The notes: a model not told the origin generated them from the letters alone. A stretch of DNA of 49,190 bases, filler included, from Sphacelaria rigidula (GCA_964200075.2; 3 parts of 3 records of this genome joined end to end with filler, not necessarily neighbours in it); one strand, 5' to 3'. Positions 13,801 through 26,648 are shown, counted from the first letter of the whole stretch. Made by a program: numbers and translations.

Positions 13801-15408
13801 TCTATCGTCCAGGGTGTGGTGGTCAGCACATCCTGGGTAAAAGATTACATTGCACCCGTCGGACAGTTGATGAGCTATCTAATATAGTTGATCGAAGAGG
13901 ACTCCCAGATGCCGTGTCCAAAACGCATACGACACGTGACAGCAGGGTCCGAGAAGTCAAAGCACTACCTTCGCGATACTCCGTGCGCTCGGCGTCCAGC
14001 GCTGTACGGTGTAAATAATATATAAATATTAGATATTAATTAACTAAAGGTTGGATGGTTGGTTGGATTTTATTTTTTGGACAAGAGAAGGATAATATAT
14101 GGAATAAGAGACCAAATAAGCTAGCTCATTTCAGGATCAGTATACTAACAACAAGTAATACTCAGGTAGTTCATGGGCTGTGCGACGTGTGTTACATTGT
14201 CAAGAGAGTACTGCGTATAGTACCGGCTATTGCGCCTAATGCAATAAACTATGGACTCCATACTGCACGCAGTACACTTCTTGACGTGATCTGCTGTCCG
14301 AGGTGGGTTATTGTAGAGCATGTGTATATGTGTATAGTGGAGATATACGAATGAAGGGAAGAAGGCGGTTTGGAAGTTGTAAATAAAAACACGCCTCTAG
14401 CAACGTGAGGGAAACCCCGCAGGATATGTATACGAAGATGTACGTCATTTATGAGGATGGACGAGGATGTGTGCAGTGCGCAGACGGACGTAGGGGTATG
14501 GTTGATCCAGAGTGGTTCAAAACACACGCCACCGGTAAGGCATCGGCCCGAGGACATGCGTGATTCGAACATGTGTATTAGCACATACGTGGGTAAGGTA
14601 TGAAGGACGTGGAGGAAGCTGTTGGTGCCACTGTAGAGTGAAGCGATGGCGCGCGTGGTGGCTACGACGTACATAAGGACGTACATGGAAGATATTGTGA
14701 TGTGGTGCCCATGTTCGCGTAGTGGTCAAGCCTACATTGCGTGTGTCTCTTTTTTTGTATCCACCAGCGGAAAAGTAGGAGTGGAAGTGGTGGTTTAGGT
14801 GTACTGTTTTGGTCTGTTCATCACGTTTGGGCTACCTGGATGTATGAACTTGATACCTGTGATTTGTCTCTCCCCCCCCAGTCATCTTGTTCCGTTCGAA
14901 AGGGATGCGTGGTCAAAGGTCAAACGACCAATGAGGATGCCCCCTTCCCTCCGCCCCCACCCGCGCTCCCTCTTCCCGTGCCCCGTGATATCCTCTCTGT
15001 ATTTCCCCAGGTTGTGTTCTGTAGGGTATATCGACTGATTGACGGTATTCACAGAAGTATGTAACAGGTGTTTGATCGGTGAGTGACCTTCCGGACCATA
15101 CTGCCGTGTTCGATACACATATCGGTATTGTTTATTATAGTATGCTCACCAAAAATCCCGCACTTTCGGGTATACCCCCATATAAACAGAAGACAACCTT
15201 GATGTTTCTTTTGGGTTAGACTCTGTACCTGTCTCTCTGATCTGTCGGTCGCACACTCTTGTCCTGTGCCATCGTCTTTCAGGTTCTGGAAGAGGCAAAG
15301 ACGATCAACAAGTCTCTGTCGGCGTTGGGGCAGGTGATCAATGCCCTCACGGATGAGAAGAAGCCGCACGTGCCTTATCGAGACTCGAAGCTGACGCGAG
15401 TTCTTCAG
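1115..15408 (+). CDS. Kinesin motor domain, kinesin-1 (KHC/KIF5)-like; partial spliced gene (5' exon not identified, 3' part lost at the linker)
   Basis: Eight AG/GT-bounded, phase-consistent exons (765 nt, 255 aa): 1115-1220 ([17 protein letters not shown]), 2373-2416 ([14 protein letters not shown]), 3678-3815 ([17 protein letters not shown]-loop GQTSSGKT), 5024-5086 ([15 protein letters not shown]), 6007-6090 ([12 protein letters not shown]), 12275-12382 (switch I NQGSSRSH), 13539-13634 (switch [10 protein letters not shown]), 15283-15408 ([27 protein letters not shown]). [13 protein letters not shown] is typical of kinesin-1. Confidence 0.95.
3230..3594. mobile_element. MITE with CGAGCTGG termini and internal inverted repeats
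   Basis: CGAGCTGG.. at 3230 and ..CCAGCTCG|TA at 3594. Internal arms TCGATCGAAAAAGTGCGGTGG..AAACAAAAACTCCGATCTGA and TCAGATCGGGAGTTATTTTGTTTTCCACCGCATTTTCTCGATCGA are inverted. Confidence 0.7.
4831..4892 (+). repeat. (ATT)20 microsatellite
   Basis: Perfect trinucleotide run in kinesin intron 3. Confidence 0.98.
5888..5989 (+). repeat. (CTTGTG)17 microsatellite
   Basis: Perfect hexamer run ending 17 nt before the exon starting at 6007. Confidence 0.98.
7633..7771. mobile_element. hAT-like MITE with 8-bp TSD
   Basis: TIR (G)ACACCCTGGACAA / TTGTCCATGGTGTG with a perfect 8-bp direct repeat AACCCTTC at 7625-7632 and 7772-7779. Confidence 0.75.
7883..8107. mobile_element. Two back-to-back piggyBac-like MITEs (7883-7992 and 8001-8107)
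   Basis: CCCTT...AAGGG ends separated by TTAATTAA. The second is flanked by TTAA on both sides. Both carry the TGATGCC(G/A)ATTCA motif. Confidence 0.75.
10649..11842. mobile_element. TIR element containing degenerate ~42-bp tandem repeats
   Basis: TCCACCGTTCGAACGAAT / ATTCGTTCGAACCGTGGA (17/18 inverted), flanked by AAA on both sides. Interior units approximate AATCGT..GTACATGTTT.CCAC...TTCATGCGGGATG at ~10735-10965 and ~11251-11800. Confidence 0.7.
11900..12062. mobile_element. piggyBac-like MITE
   Basis: TTAA|CCCTTTTGAGAGCGG ... CCGGTCTCACAAGGG|TTAA with internal inverted arms GTGAACGGGCATCATTTTC / GAAAATGATGCCCGTTCAC. Confidence 0.8.
13682..13818. mobile_element. Second copy of the CACACCCTGGAC-TIR MITE family
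   Basis: Perfect 12-bp TIR CACACCCTGGAC / GTCCAGGGTGTG with an interior similar to 7633-7771. A third, end-degenerate copy lies at ~14200-14280. Confidence 0.75.
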
Positions 15409-16337
15409 GTGTGTATCGAGTATTGAGCACCGTACCGACAGTGGACTGTTTTTTTGTGTTTTTTTTTTTCGGTGATGAAGGAGAACTGACTGCTTGTCGT
15501 TGACGTGGGTTGACGTCGATTGGTGGGCGATTGCCGCACATGAATTATCTGATCTGAGCTGTTTTGTAGTGATCTACTGAAGTGTCGCACATGAACTGAT
15601 TTGATCGTGATCGGTCTCGATTGTCACACAAGAATTGACCTGATTGCAGTCCATTATGAGCATCGCGCATGAAGTGACCCATCCCACTTCGACTCGAGTC
15701 TCGTTCACATGCTATTTATAGACTTAACCCTAGGGAAGGAAAACGGAACCCTCGCTATCAGCTCGCAGGTTTTGCGGCTACTCGACGACGGAAATACATG
15801 ACTGAAAAAGACTTGGGTTTGATGTGGATGATGATGTTCTCGGGTCTTTCACTACGCTTGCAGTTCCAATGCCTCCCCCACTGTGAGCACGCCGTACGCG
15901 TCCTGGAAGGCGCCAATTTGAGGCAAAACAATTCAGCACTTTCTCGTGTGCATATATTGCATACATGTCCTTTGTTCGAGGGTATTCGGTCTGCCTTGGC
16001 CATAGCGTTGGCGCTGGCATTTGGCGTTCGGCGTTTGGCGTTCGACAAAAACATGATGTGTCCAACCATGATTTTTTGTCGCCGGGCTCGTGAAAAATCT
16101 CCCCCTTGATACCGAAGCTATAACATGGGAAGGAGGAGCTACATATACAATACCTATTTGGAGGAGTTGGTTGGTTTATCACTTCATTAGCTTACCGATC
16201 ATTCGGTTCGTTGTTGTTTTTGGAGATGTAATCTTTTTTTCTCGGAGGGGGGGGGGGGGGGGGGGGGGGTATTTTTTTTTTTTTTTTTTTTTTTGTTTGT
16301 CCTTTGACCCCCCCCCCTTTTCGAGCGGGAAGTTCTT

Positions 16338-16437
16338 NNNNNNNNNNNNNNNNNNNNNNNNNNNNNNNNNNNNNNNNNNNNTTAATTAATTAANNNNNNN
16401 NNNNNNNNNNNNNNNNNNNNNNNNNNNNNNNNNNNNN
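16338..16437. other. Assembly linker/gap
   Basis: 100-nt N block with central TTAATTAATTAA (stops in all six frames). Confidence 0.97.
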
Positions 16438-16659
16438 CAAAAACAACGGTGCCCCGTCTCAAAAGGGATGGGGGGTAAATGGTAAAACAAATAAGGAAAG
16501 CAAAAAAAAAGTACGCCCCCCCCCCCCCCCACCAACAACAGCACCTTTATTCGAAGTGTCAGGTCCTATTTATCAATTCTCGATGGAGAGGTCACCGAGG
16601 ATAATTCCCCGTCGCAAGTTTTGGGATAAGCAAGCCTCTACTGTGGAACAATCGACTAA

Positions 16660-16790
16660 CCCTTTGGGAACTAGACCCCCCTAGAGAGTGCTGATTTTTG
16701 TTTCGGGGAATCGGCATCATTTTCAAGTCAAAATTATGCCGATTCACAAAGATTCACAAAACAAAAATCAGCACTTTAGATCCCAAACGC
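16660..16790. mobile_element. piggyBac-like MITE (same family as 36450-36588)
   Basis: CCCTTTGGGAACTAG...TAGATCCCAAACGC|TTAA, closely similar to 36450-36588. Confidence 0.75.
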
Positions 16791-18254
16791 TTAACCTCAC
16801 TAGAAGTGATCGAAGACGTACCGCAAAATACGTCAGGTAACAGCCCCATGATATCATTTTCAGTCTCGCTCATTCTCAACGACTGCAGTGCTACAAAACA
16901 TGAAATAGTGAAATTAATACCTCGTGCCGTTACAAGACTCTGGTGGAGGTCCGTATACGCGTATTGTCTGCTGGTGGCACTGCATATTTCTTTCCTGCGG
17001 GGATTACATATCTTCATCATCTACGAGTATTACAGACTGTGATTACTATTCCGAAATGTTTACATTCTTCTCTCACGTATCCCCCCGGATAGCAGATCGT
17101 ACGCCTCATCTTCATCTAACCACGGCATGTCTCTAATGCTGTTGTATCCACCTGTCATGATCAATTGGTGAGATGTATATTCTGTTCCGAAATGCACATC
17201 GTTTTCAGGCTGGTGTTCAAGGCCCGAATTTTACTCAGCAGCAAATACCTGGTAGTACCTACCCAAGAGTTGCACTCATGGTATCATACTGATCGTCAAT
17301 GGCAACTGAAGAGGGCGATATAGCCAGATTTTATGTAAGGCCGAAGCAGTGACGCCAAAGGCCAAAAGGTTCGTCAACAAATCGGCGGCCTTTAGACTGC
17401 TCTGAAATTGAAAATACGGATTCCCGTCATAGTATTTACCCAGTCTCCAAATGCTTCAATCCGTAGTAGCCACCATCAGCTCGGGAATCTAACGGGAAAA
17501 TAATAAATGGAAGCGGTTTTTAAAGGATCGAATCATCCCTCAAACCGTGGTATTTCGGCGAAGTGGGGTTTTGGCGTCAACAGACTTCCTCTGATGATAT
17601 GCACAAGGCAGACCCAGAATGCCTCTCGACGGTTTCCATTCTATCTGTCCTGAAAAAGCTCAAAACGCCCTCAAAGTTGACAGTTCGGTAGGTATTGGTG
17701 CTCCAAATAGAGTAATGCAGTTTGAAAAATATCTCATTGTTCGCCCGGTTTTGACCGGCTTCCGGGGGTCCCCGTGTGAAGGCCCGCAGAAGCCGCTAAT
17801 GTTTCAAGACAAAAGTAGTGATGTACACGTTGTCGAGTAGCCCAAGGAACAACTGTAATATTTTTCGTTGCGTAACACGAAAAAGTGATGCGATGGGTCG
17901 TTTTGACGCTCGACATACACGAAAAGTCGCTTGATACTAAAATCAAGTACGAGCTGGGCCAGCCTAGAAGCAGATTTGGAGTTTGCGGGCATATTCGCAA
18001 TTTAGTACTTGGAGTTGGACACTGAAAATTGTTGTCGACAATCGAAAGGGCATGAAGAAAAAAAATCTCATGCATGGACCCAAAGATATATATATATATA
18101 TATATATATTTGTGAGTTAACGGCATTTCACTAAAACCAAAAAACTGAATGTATATTTCGAGGTTTCATATGGATGTTTGTGTTGACGCTATCTCAGTAC
18201 GGTATACAGGCTGGGCCGGCCAAGACCCAAGTTTGTGGTTTGCTGACCCCATAT

Positions 18255-18478
18255 CACCTCAACTTTGCTAGTTAGACTTCGAAATTCGGTACGGAGGAAA
18301 AATAAGGCATGCTAAAATGCTGTCGCTCCGGACGCGCAGTTTTTTCTTGATCAGTATCAGAAAAATACCGTTAACCCACGAAAAAAACAAAATCTGCGCG
18401 TCCCAAGCGACATCGTTATAGCATACCCTATTTTTCCTCCGTACCAAATTTCAAAGTCTCACTCGCAAAATTGAGGTG
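18255..18478. repeat. Long imperfect inverted repeat (~90-bp arms)
   Basis: CACCTCAACTTTGC..GAAATTCGGTACGGAGGAAAAATA..GGACGCGCAG versus CTGCGCGTCC..TATTTTTCCTCCGTACCAAATTTC..GCAAAATTGAGGTG. Confidence 0.85.
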
Positions 18479-19416
18479 AGACGAGGCGATTTAGAAACCG
18501 GGTAGGGCGAAATTCGGAAGATTATTTTCCAGGTCGTTTACCGGCCCAGGTTTGGTACCTGTTCTTTGAATCCTCGTGTGGGACCTCGCTAGGCCATAAA
18601 ACCCACCAAAAAAAGTGGGGAATGTTGATCTATATATATATTTTTTTTTACTTGCTTAGGACGCTTTAGTAGAGTTAAGACCATATTTTCACGAGAAGGC
18701 CCATACCTCTGCCTCCAAAAAAAATTAAGGGTCCATTTTTTTTTCCAACATGCCTTTGCAATTCTCCATGATAAGTTTCAAATCTCAATTGTTAAAATTG
18801 AGCTGAAAAGTGAGATGAGGTCCGAAAGCGTTGTCCATTTTCCCTTGAAACCCCCCTGAAAAAACAAGAAAAAATAAGAAAAAAATGGAGAAGAACTAAA
18901 AACTATTATTTTTTTCTTCATCATGCACCAGCGATTCTCCAAACGAAATTTCAAAGCACAACTCTCAAAAACTGAGACGCAATATCCAGACTTACTACAT
19001 GAAGTGCCTCTGCTCAAATATATCGATTTTAGTATAGAACCTTATGTGCGTCATAGCTCGAGACAGATGAAGAGTTAGGCAAAAGTGCACGTATCGACCG
19101 TTTCCCCCGTGCTACAGGAAATGTCCACACCAAAAATTGTCATCATCCGCTGTATATATCGTTCGAGGTTTCATACAGACTCAAGTATGGACGCTATCTC
19201 CGTACGGTGTATAAATGACTAGACATGGGATTCAACCAACGAGAAAAAAATGGCCCAGACTTGAAAACACATGTGCACCTTCTCCATGATCAGACGATTA
19301 CTACGATATGCAGATCACGGCCCAACTCGTCTATGTCGATAAGATATGGCTTTGAGAGCTTAAATCACATTTCATCTAGGCCGGCCCTCCCAAGATGCGA
19401 ACAGGAATGGTGACGC

Positions 19417-19689
19417 GCGAGTCATGGGCTCAATTTTGAACCGTTTTCGACGAAATTATGACGATGTACAGGACGTATGTGCGAAGACACAAACTTGTCC
19501 CCCTGAATTTTTCCTTCTTCGTGAGTAATTGGCAATTTTGTTCCGAAAACTGTTCTGAAATATCTCGTCGCCAACAGCTCACGAAGAAGAAATAATTCAG
19601 GGGGGGAAAGGTTGTGTCTACGCACATACGTCCTGTACATCATGTCAACATTTGATCGGAAACGATTCAAAATTAAGCCCATGACTCGC
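19417..19689. repeat. Foldback/MITE hairpin, with a second diverged copy at ~19775-20030
   Basis: GCGAGTCATGGGCTCAATTTTGAA / TTCAAAATTAAGCCCATGACTCGC and GATGTACAGGACGTATGTGCG / CGCACATACGTCCTGTACATC are inverted pairs. Confidence 0.85.
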
Positions 19690-21232
19690 AGCATTTTGTC
19701 GACAACCAGTTCCTGTTGTGTGTGGAAATGGACCTGCCATGAATAATTCAAACGCAATTATGCTGTTCAATTTCAAGTTGTTTTCGATGAAATTTCAACA
19801 TGATGTGCAGGACGTATGTGCGAAGACCCCTTATTACCTAATTACCCCCCCCCCCCCTGTTTTTTCTTCTTTTTCTTCGTGAGTTATTGGCAATTTTGTT
19901 CCGAAAAAACTGTTCTGGAAATTTCCGTCGCCAATACTTCACGAAGAAAAAAGAAAAAAAAACACATGAGAAAAGAATGGATATTAGCACATACGTCGTG
20001 TACATCGTGTCAAAATTTCATATTGATCGTCTCGTCTTCTACTTTCGGCCCAGAGGTCTCCACAAACTGCTCGTTGCTTCGCACACTACTACCAGACGCC
20101 TTGGCGCGCTGGGAGCCTCGTATGCGTGCATCCTTAGAAACTGCGCATGTAGTGCGACATGTGTTGTTGTACAATCGCAGCTTGTGCGGCACCACGCGGC
20201 ACAACCGACTGTAACCGAGAATCCAATTTCAGTCGTTTTTTTGGCTAATTCCGCCGCACATGGTACCCTCGACTCTCTACCTTTCGGCACTTGACTACAG
20301 TTTGGTATTTCGTTCGATGAGACCTCGTCGGATCGCAGTGCTATATGAATTTGAAGACGCGCGCTGATTTGCCGATTACCACGATATGTCATGGTAGCCA
20401 CAACCCGCGATACATCGTCAGTTAGAACGTGCTGAAGGAAAGTGTGCTTATTAGGCGGCCCTGCTCGTGGACATGGAGGTTAATCATCGAGAAAAAATAT
20501 TGGCCCAGACTTTTGGGAAGATGGGCACCTTCCCCTTGATTGGGCGATTGATACGATACGTGGACCGCGGCCCAACTTGTCTGTGTCGATGAGATGTGGC
20601 TGTGAAAGCTTCTATCCGTTTCAAGGCTGGCCCAGCTCGTAGTCAGGAGTTTGTACATTTCAAGCTCACTCCATCGCACAAGAGCGAAAAGGCTCACGCC
20701 GGTTCTTGGACGTGGACCATTGAATATTGCACCTGTATTGGACATCACGAAAAAATGAAGAACGAGGTTTTTGTGCTGGGCGTGTGATCCCCTTGAACCC
20801 TGGGACCCCCGATAACCAGCGAAAAGAAAAAAAATCATCGCTGTTCGGAAAGTTTGGTAGTGCCCGTTGGTATGTGTGCGCAAAATTTTAAGTACCTCCA
20901 AGAAACGGCGTGACCATTTGTCGAGGAAAAAAATTCGGGACATGAGCGTGAACCAGCCTGGTCCTCTCCTTCATTTCATCATGACGAGCGCACACTGTGC
21001 GTGTGAGGTCAATTCATCCAGATGTCTTCAGGGTTCTTGCTGTCTACCTTTGCGGCTGTTCATCTATCGTACCAGTAGGCTCCGAAACTGATTCCGAAAT
21101 GTCCATCATCACTTCTCCCCCATAAACCACGGGCAGCGAACCTTACGCATTTTCTTTGTCTAACCACCGCAAACCTCTCATTTATCGTTGTTTCTATCTT
21201 TGCTAATGCCGATGCTGATGTTGGTAATGCAG

Positions 21233-24200
21233 GACACAGACGAAATTGGGTTTCGCGCCGGGGATATGATCCGGGTGCTGGAGAGGAAAGGGGATTGGTG
21301 GAAGGGATCCATTAACGGCAAAACCGGTCTGTAAGTGCGCCCCATACCGTTCGCCTGGATGGGCTCTGAGTGATCAACCAACTGTCGTACATCAACTGAT
21401 CCGCCTCACACCCAGTCTTGGTCATAGTATCTAGGTGGGCGAACGGAAACGTTCGCTGAGGTATCGGAAAGAGGTACATAATGGAAAATGACAAAACGAA
21501 CACGAGAAAATGCCGCGAGCTAAGAACCGGTACCGATCCCAAGGACAATTCTGACAGACCCTTGTCGGGGCTTGTACAGCTTTTGTAATGCAAGTTTTTT
21601 TAATATAATTTTGGTCGATATTTTAAGGCTGCTCGTCGTGAAAAAGTGTTGAAAACGATATGAGCAGCACGTCCTGAAGTCGAGCTGTGGGCTCTCGGAG
21701 GATCGCGTCTTTTGATTTCCCATGGGGAGCGTGCTTTGTTTGGCCGAATGTTGTGAGTTGACGAAGTCGTGGGCGCACATGGCGCGCATGCTCTCATAGC
21801 GTACCGCCTCCAACAGAGTGCATAGCTGCAGATCATTTTTACGATCGGGTTCCTCGACTTTTCAGTCTGCCCCCGCGGTAGCCTCATTTCATGTATTGGT
21901 TCATTGTCGTCACCCCTTCACCTTCAACCCCTCCCCCCGAGAGATCAATTCATCCCTCCTTCGGTACACGTCTTGCATTTTGGTATCGCGGATTCAATCA
22001 TGACTATCACCACTCGCGCTCCATGTAGACCCTCGTCCAATGAGCTTCGGTTGCTATTGAAGTCCTCATTGTCAACTACGTAAATCAGACACCTTATTCG
22101 AAAATGGAGACATTCGTTTCTGTTGGGAGCCATTTGCACGTTCTTCCGACCTAATTTGATACGAGTGTCGCAGTTCAACCACTGGGGCGCGGCGGCAATG
22201 TTTTCGCACCGCCCCTACTGCGGCTCGTGACAGTCTCGTGGAGTTTGGCGATACTGTAGGCAAGGAAGGCCATAGTAACACGCTCATTCGCCCAAACTAT
22301 TTCGCGTGTTTCATTTCCCCGACCAATACGATCGCAGCGGGCTAACCTGGTTGAGAATCCAAGTTGGGGTTTTGTTGCAGTCCAGCTCGTGTGGGTGCAA
22401 TAGCGGTCATGACGAACAGGATGGGTGCGCCCTGTACGCCTTCCTTGTATCCCACTATTATTAGTATTGCCGTTGACGGTTACACCAGCGGAGATACATT
22501 TTCAACTGCAGAGGCTCTTGGGTCGTGATTCACGACTTCTACGACTAGCTCAAGAAAATGGTCACGCCGAACAGTCGACGTCCACCAGTAGATTCAGAAA
22601 GTGCGACGACTGAGAGTCGACTTGTAGGAATATTTTTGGGAGACGACGATGAAGAGTCGACTTCTACGACTAAATACGATAAACCAGGGGCAATCCAGAG
22701 GGGAATCCTTCGCCTCTTGGTCGCAGTTGTTGGGCGTGTGAAACGTGACCAGCAGAAGATCCGATCTACGTGCGTCGCAATGGCCTAGTGATCCCGGACC
22801 CCCTTTTTTTGCCTTGAGGCGTTGTCTCTTTCGCCAAAAAATGATTGCGAACCCCCGGCGGGGGTAGATAAAAAGGCGGCCTGGTGGCGTATAGGCAATG
22901 GAGGAGTGAATGCATGGGCACCAACAAATGCAATAAATGCAGCGGGCCTTTTATCGTTGACGTTGCCAGCTTCAAAACTTGAAAGCCCTCTACGGCTCCA
23001 TCATTGAGCGAAACTGCAACGGTCAGCTACCGTATCCACCACATGCTCGAAACTCCTCCGATTTCCAACATACGCAGGTTCCCCAACAACTATGTGCAAC
23101 GCAAGGTAACACCCCCGCCAGCAGCCGTGGGACCACCCCCCGTCCCCATCGTCTCGCAGCGTCGAGTGAGTCATGCTACAGCCGCGACCGAAGCTCCAGC
23201 GTTAACCGCCGCAGCGCGTGCCCGAAGCACTCGCAATACAGGTGTGGTTGGGTCGTGGCGATACTTTTCAGACTTTGAGTATGTGGAAGGTTGGCGAGGA
23301 TGATGACAACGACATGGTGCACGGGAAGTTTGGAAACTAACTGTGGAAATGGTCTACAACAAAGCTTTTGAAACTCGAGTAGGTATCGCGCGCGGAATTA
23401 CTTTGATATATGTATTTCCCCCCTGAAAGCGGGGATCCCTGTATCATGTTCTGGACAAGGTCGTGCTAAAATTTGCTATCCTGCGACGGGAGGGGGGGAA
23501 CTGCCCGACTCACTGTCGCCTGCGCTGAACTGTTCCGAATTGGCGGCCGATCATCACCCATGCCGCGACATGTAACCGTCTCCAACACATAACCTGAAAT
23601 GCAGGACTCTCCTCCCCTAGGAGACGTGCTACGATGGCCGCTACCGCGGCTCCACCAGCCCCGTCGGCTGTCCCCGTGGCCGCCCCGCCTCAACCGCCAT
23701 CACCGACGAGAATAGCCGCCTTCGCACGCCCGCAGTCGGCCACTGCACACCGGATATTTCCCTCGCGAACTACGTCGCCGACCGTTTCGGCGCCTCCGAT
23801 ACCGAAACCCGCCGGTGAGTGTTGAAACTCATGTACAACATATGGTGATGAGGTGTCGTAATCATTGTTGATAAAGTAATGAGTAACTAACTGATTTATC
23901 GCACATGAAGTTGCTGTTGCCGTTGCCATTGGCATGGGCACTATTAAGCCAGCTGTGGTAACAAGATGGACGTCTAGCCACAGGTGAATTAACGGAAACA
24001 GGAAGGATACTCGAAAAGAACAGCTGACCTGAAGGAAATCAAAACGGAAGAATAATAAGCTGATAAGGACGTTGTTCAGGCTGTAGAGTAGTTCACAGCT
24101 AAAATAGGAGATTTCCGTAGTTATTTTGCAGTCGGGGATATTCGGACATGTTTTCGCGTGCCACCGCTCATCCCAGTGAACGTTCGATCCCAAAGTTTAG

Positions 24201-26148
24201 GGATCGGGAGATACTAGGCATCCCCTCCACATTCCGAAACATGATCACATCTATGCTTATTCCTGAACTACCTACGGAATGAACGGTTTTCGGGGGTCCT
24301 GAGACTACCCAGCCCCAGGTTCTGACCCTTGAGTATTTTTGCTCAATCGAAGCAATCCCAATCGTCTTCGTGGAAAAATTAGAGTTATCTCTTCTTCTAA
24401 GTTATACCTTTTCATTGGGCTAGAGCCGAACAAGTGTGTGCTTCGAACCGGTGACGGTCGATAACACGCCCTGATGAACAGGGTACTTACGCCGTATCAC
24501 CCCGACAACACCAATTGAGGATGGTGTTCTGAGCACGGCCTGCTTCTATTTCCAAAATCGTTAGACGCGAGGACTGTCAAGCGCCAAGGACGGATACTAC
24601 ACGAGTAAATTCAGAAGAGTACTCAAAAGCGAAAATTACCCTACCGAGCTCTGCATAGCACAGGCGAGGGTGAACCAACTCCGATCGATCTCATGACTGA
24701 TTTCACGGACCCTTATTATTCTGTGTTTACCTATTATTTGTGCTAGAGCGGAAGAGAAACATGTTTTGGACCAGAAACGACCAATAACACCCCCTGTCAT
24801 TTCAGGTCCGAAGCCGTTTAATATTGAGCGCAGCGACGGTTTTTGTGTCGGAATGTGAAGCAAATGCCTAGTATGTCGACCCCCAAACGTTGGGATCAAC
24901 CGCTCGGTGGGATGAGCGGTGGCACGCGTAAAAAAAAATGGAAAAAATCGCCGATCGCGAAAAAATGACGGAGGCCCCCTATTTCAGATGTAAACTAATA
25001 TACTCCGGAGTAGTTGCATACGATCCATGCCTAATGAGAACGCACTTCCTGTATCGTTTTTTTCCTCCATCACACAGCGTTTCCTTTTGTGGTTTTTTTT
25101 TTAGGGCTGAGCTACTGTAGATATGCGTCTACATTCTGTTGGTGTTTGTTCCGTGTCGATTCCATCCCATGACAAATACCTGCGAGGAGGCACCCGCTTT
25201 CTTATATCTAAGCACACTGAGACAATTCGTGGGACAGGGTCTCTGCATCATCCCCCGATTTTTCAGGATCTGGCACTTCCGTCGTAGAACACAAGAGTAT
25301 CATGATCATGGGTAGTGCAGGAGGTGCGGTCGTGTGAAACATTCTTGTGTAGGCATGGCATGTGATCATGTACTGTGTATATTGTATGTGTATCAAACGC
25401 GTAGAAATGTGCTGAAGTCGCAAAAAGTGGCTGATGCGTGCAGCGCTTTCAGCTGAATTCTGACCACCATGGCGTTTGCGGTTCATCCGCCCTCCCCCGA
25501 TTTTGTCGTGGTTTTTCAAGTCGTCCTCTCCTTTCTCCCGTGGTGTATATAGTGTTTGGTGCGTTATGTTTCATGATGCGGGGTGATTTCAATGTCGGCA
25601 GCGCAACTGGATTATTGTACCTTGTTGGTAGCCCTACGACACTATTAGGCAGTGACATCGCCAGGTATCAAAGCGTACCTTCATGTGGGCTGTACAGAAA
25701 AGGCTCAACATGCATGCGGGCGCACGTGTGATAGTTCATCAAACGTTGTCTCCACATGAAATACCTCCACAAGAAGCAATGTTGGAGGTGGTGTTTTCCA
25801 AGCTATCGGAGTGTTGTGTTGTACTGTACAAATATCATAAAAATGTCATACTCAACGGTTATCCTCTTTGTCATGTTCCAAACCGTGACCGCAGGTACAG
25901 TGTCTGCAGCATCACTACCGCCGCCCCCGCCTCCACCTGTGGATGGGTCCCCACCTCGCTCTATCGCGGCGTCGGCATCCAGCGGGAGCCTTATCGTAGC
26001 GCCCGGTAGCATGGCAGGCGCACGGCACGGGACCGTGCTTGCCTCTCCAACCACGGTGCAAAAATCAGCGAAGGGGCTGTTTACCGGAGCACGGAATGCT
26101 GTAGGTGTTGGCGCTATTCCAGTTGTGGGAGCTGGTACCGCGCCGTGA
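21233..26148 (+). CDS. 3' part of a gene encoding an SH3 domain followed by a proline/alanine-rich tail
   Basis: Phase-consistent exons 21233-21330 (DTDEIGFRAGDMIRVLERKGDWWKGSINGKTGL), 23078-23241 (FPNNYVQ...), 23605-23814 (Pro/Ala-rich) and 25895-26148 (PPPPPPP...GTAP-stop). The SH3 signature WW..G.FP.NYV is split across exons 1 and 2. The N-terminal SH3 strand exon was not found. Confidence 0.85.
24086..25117. mobile_element. ~1-kb TIR element, possibly Tc1-like
   Basis: Perfect 21-bp inverted pair at 24155-24175 / 24908-24928, extending imperfectly to ~50 bp. Outer ends TA|GAGTAGTTCA and TGAGCTACTG|TA are tentative. Confidence 0.55.
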
Positions 26149-26648
26149 GTTTTTAGGCGCACAGTAGCGGCTCGCTGCTAGGAAACATTGTTTTGAGCCC
26201 GGAACCCAACCTTAGTTCGTTTTCTCACCCGTAATATACACGGTGTATCTTCGTTTGTTTTTTCGTTACATTTTCATCCCCGCTCCTTTGTCGGAACGTC
26301 TCCTTGGTCTGACGGGATTGACCTATCCCTGTTTCGCGGTATGTATTCATTCTACTCGCGTCCTCACGTGTTTGAGGATGGAAATCAGATCCTTCTCGAG
26401 AATCGAAAAAAAGTGCATTTTCCGGATTCCGAACCCGCGATGTGCCGTCCTGACCGTTTTCAGCGATCCCTTTTAATTCAGACCACCGGGGCGCGGCAAT
26501 GTACACGTAGATCTTGGAACTGTCACCGAAGCAATGGTTCAGCCTGATTTTCCAGGCTATGTCTCAGACAACGCAAAGAGTCCAGCCCTGGTCTCTCTTG
26601 AGCTGCCGATGTGATGAGCGTGTGCTGGAATGTTTGAAAGAGTCGGCT

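Larger units (their letters stand above)
17950..20639. mobile_element. TA-flanked TIR element (~2.7 kb), Tc1/mariner-like non-autonomous, with nested hairpins
   Basis: TA|CGAGCTGGGCCAGCCTAGAA at 17948-17969 and TTCAAGGCTGGCCCAGCTCG|TA ending 20639-20641 (19/20 inverted match). No intact transposase ORF seen. Confidence 0.7.

Noticed and set aside
16382-16393. TTAATTAATTAA as a biological motif (also 32817-32828)
   Set aside because: It is centred in identical 100-nt N blocks, so it is an artificial contig linker.
24182-24192. GTTCGATCCC B-box of a tRNA or SINE
   Set aside because: There is no upstream A-box or cloverleaf. It lies in the arm of an inverted repeat.
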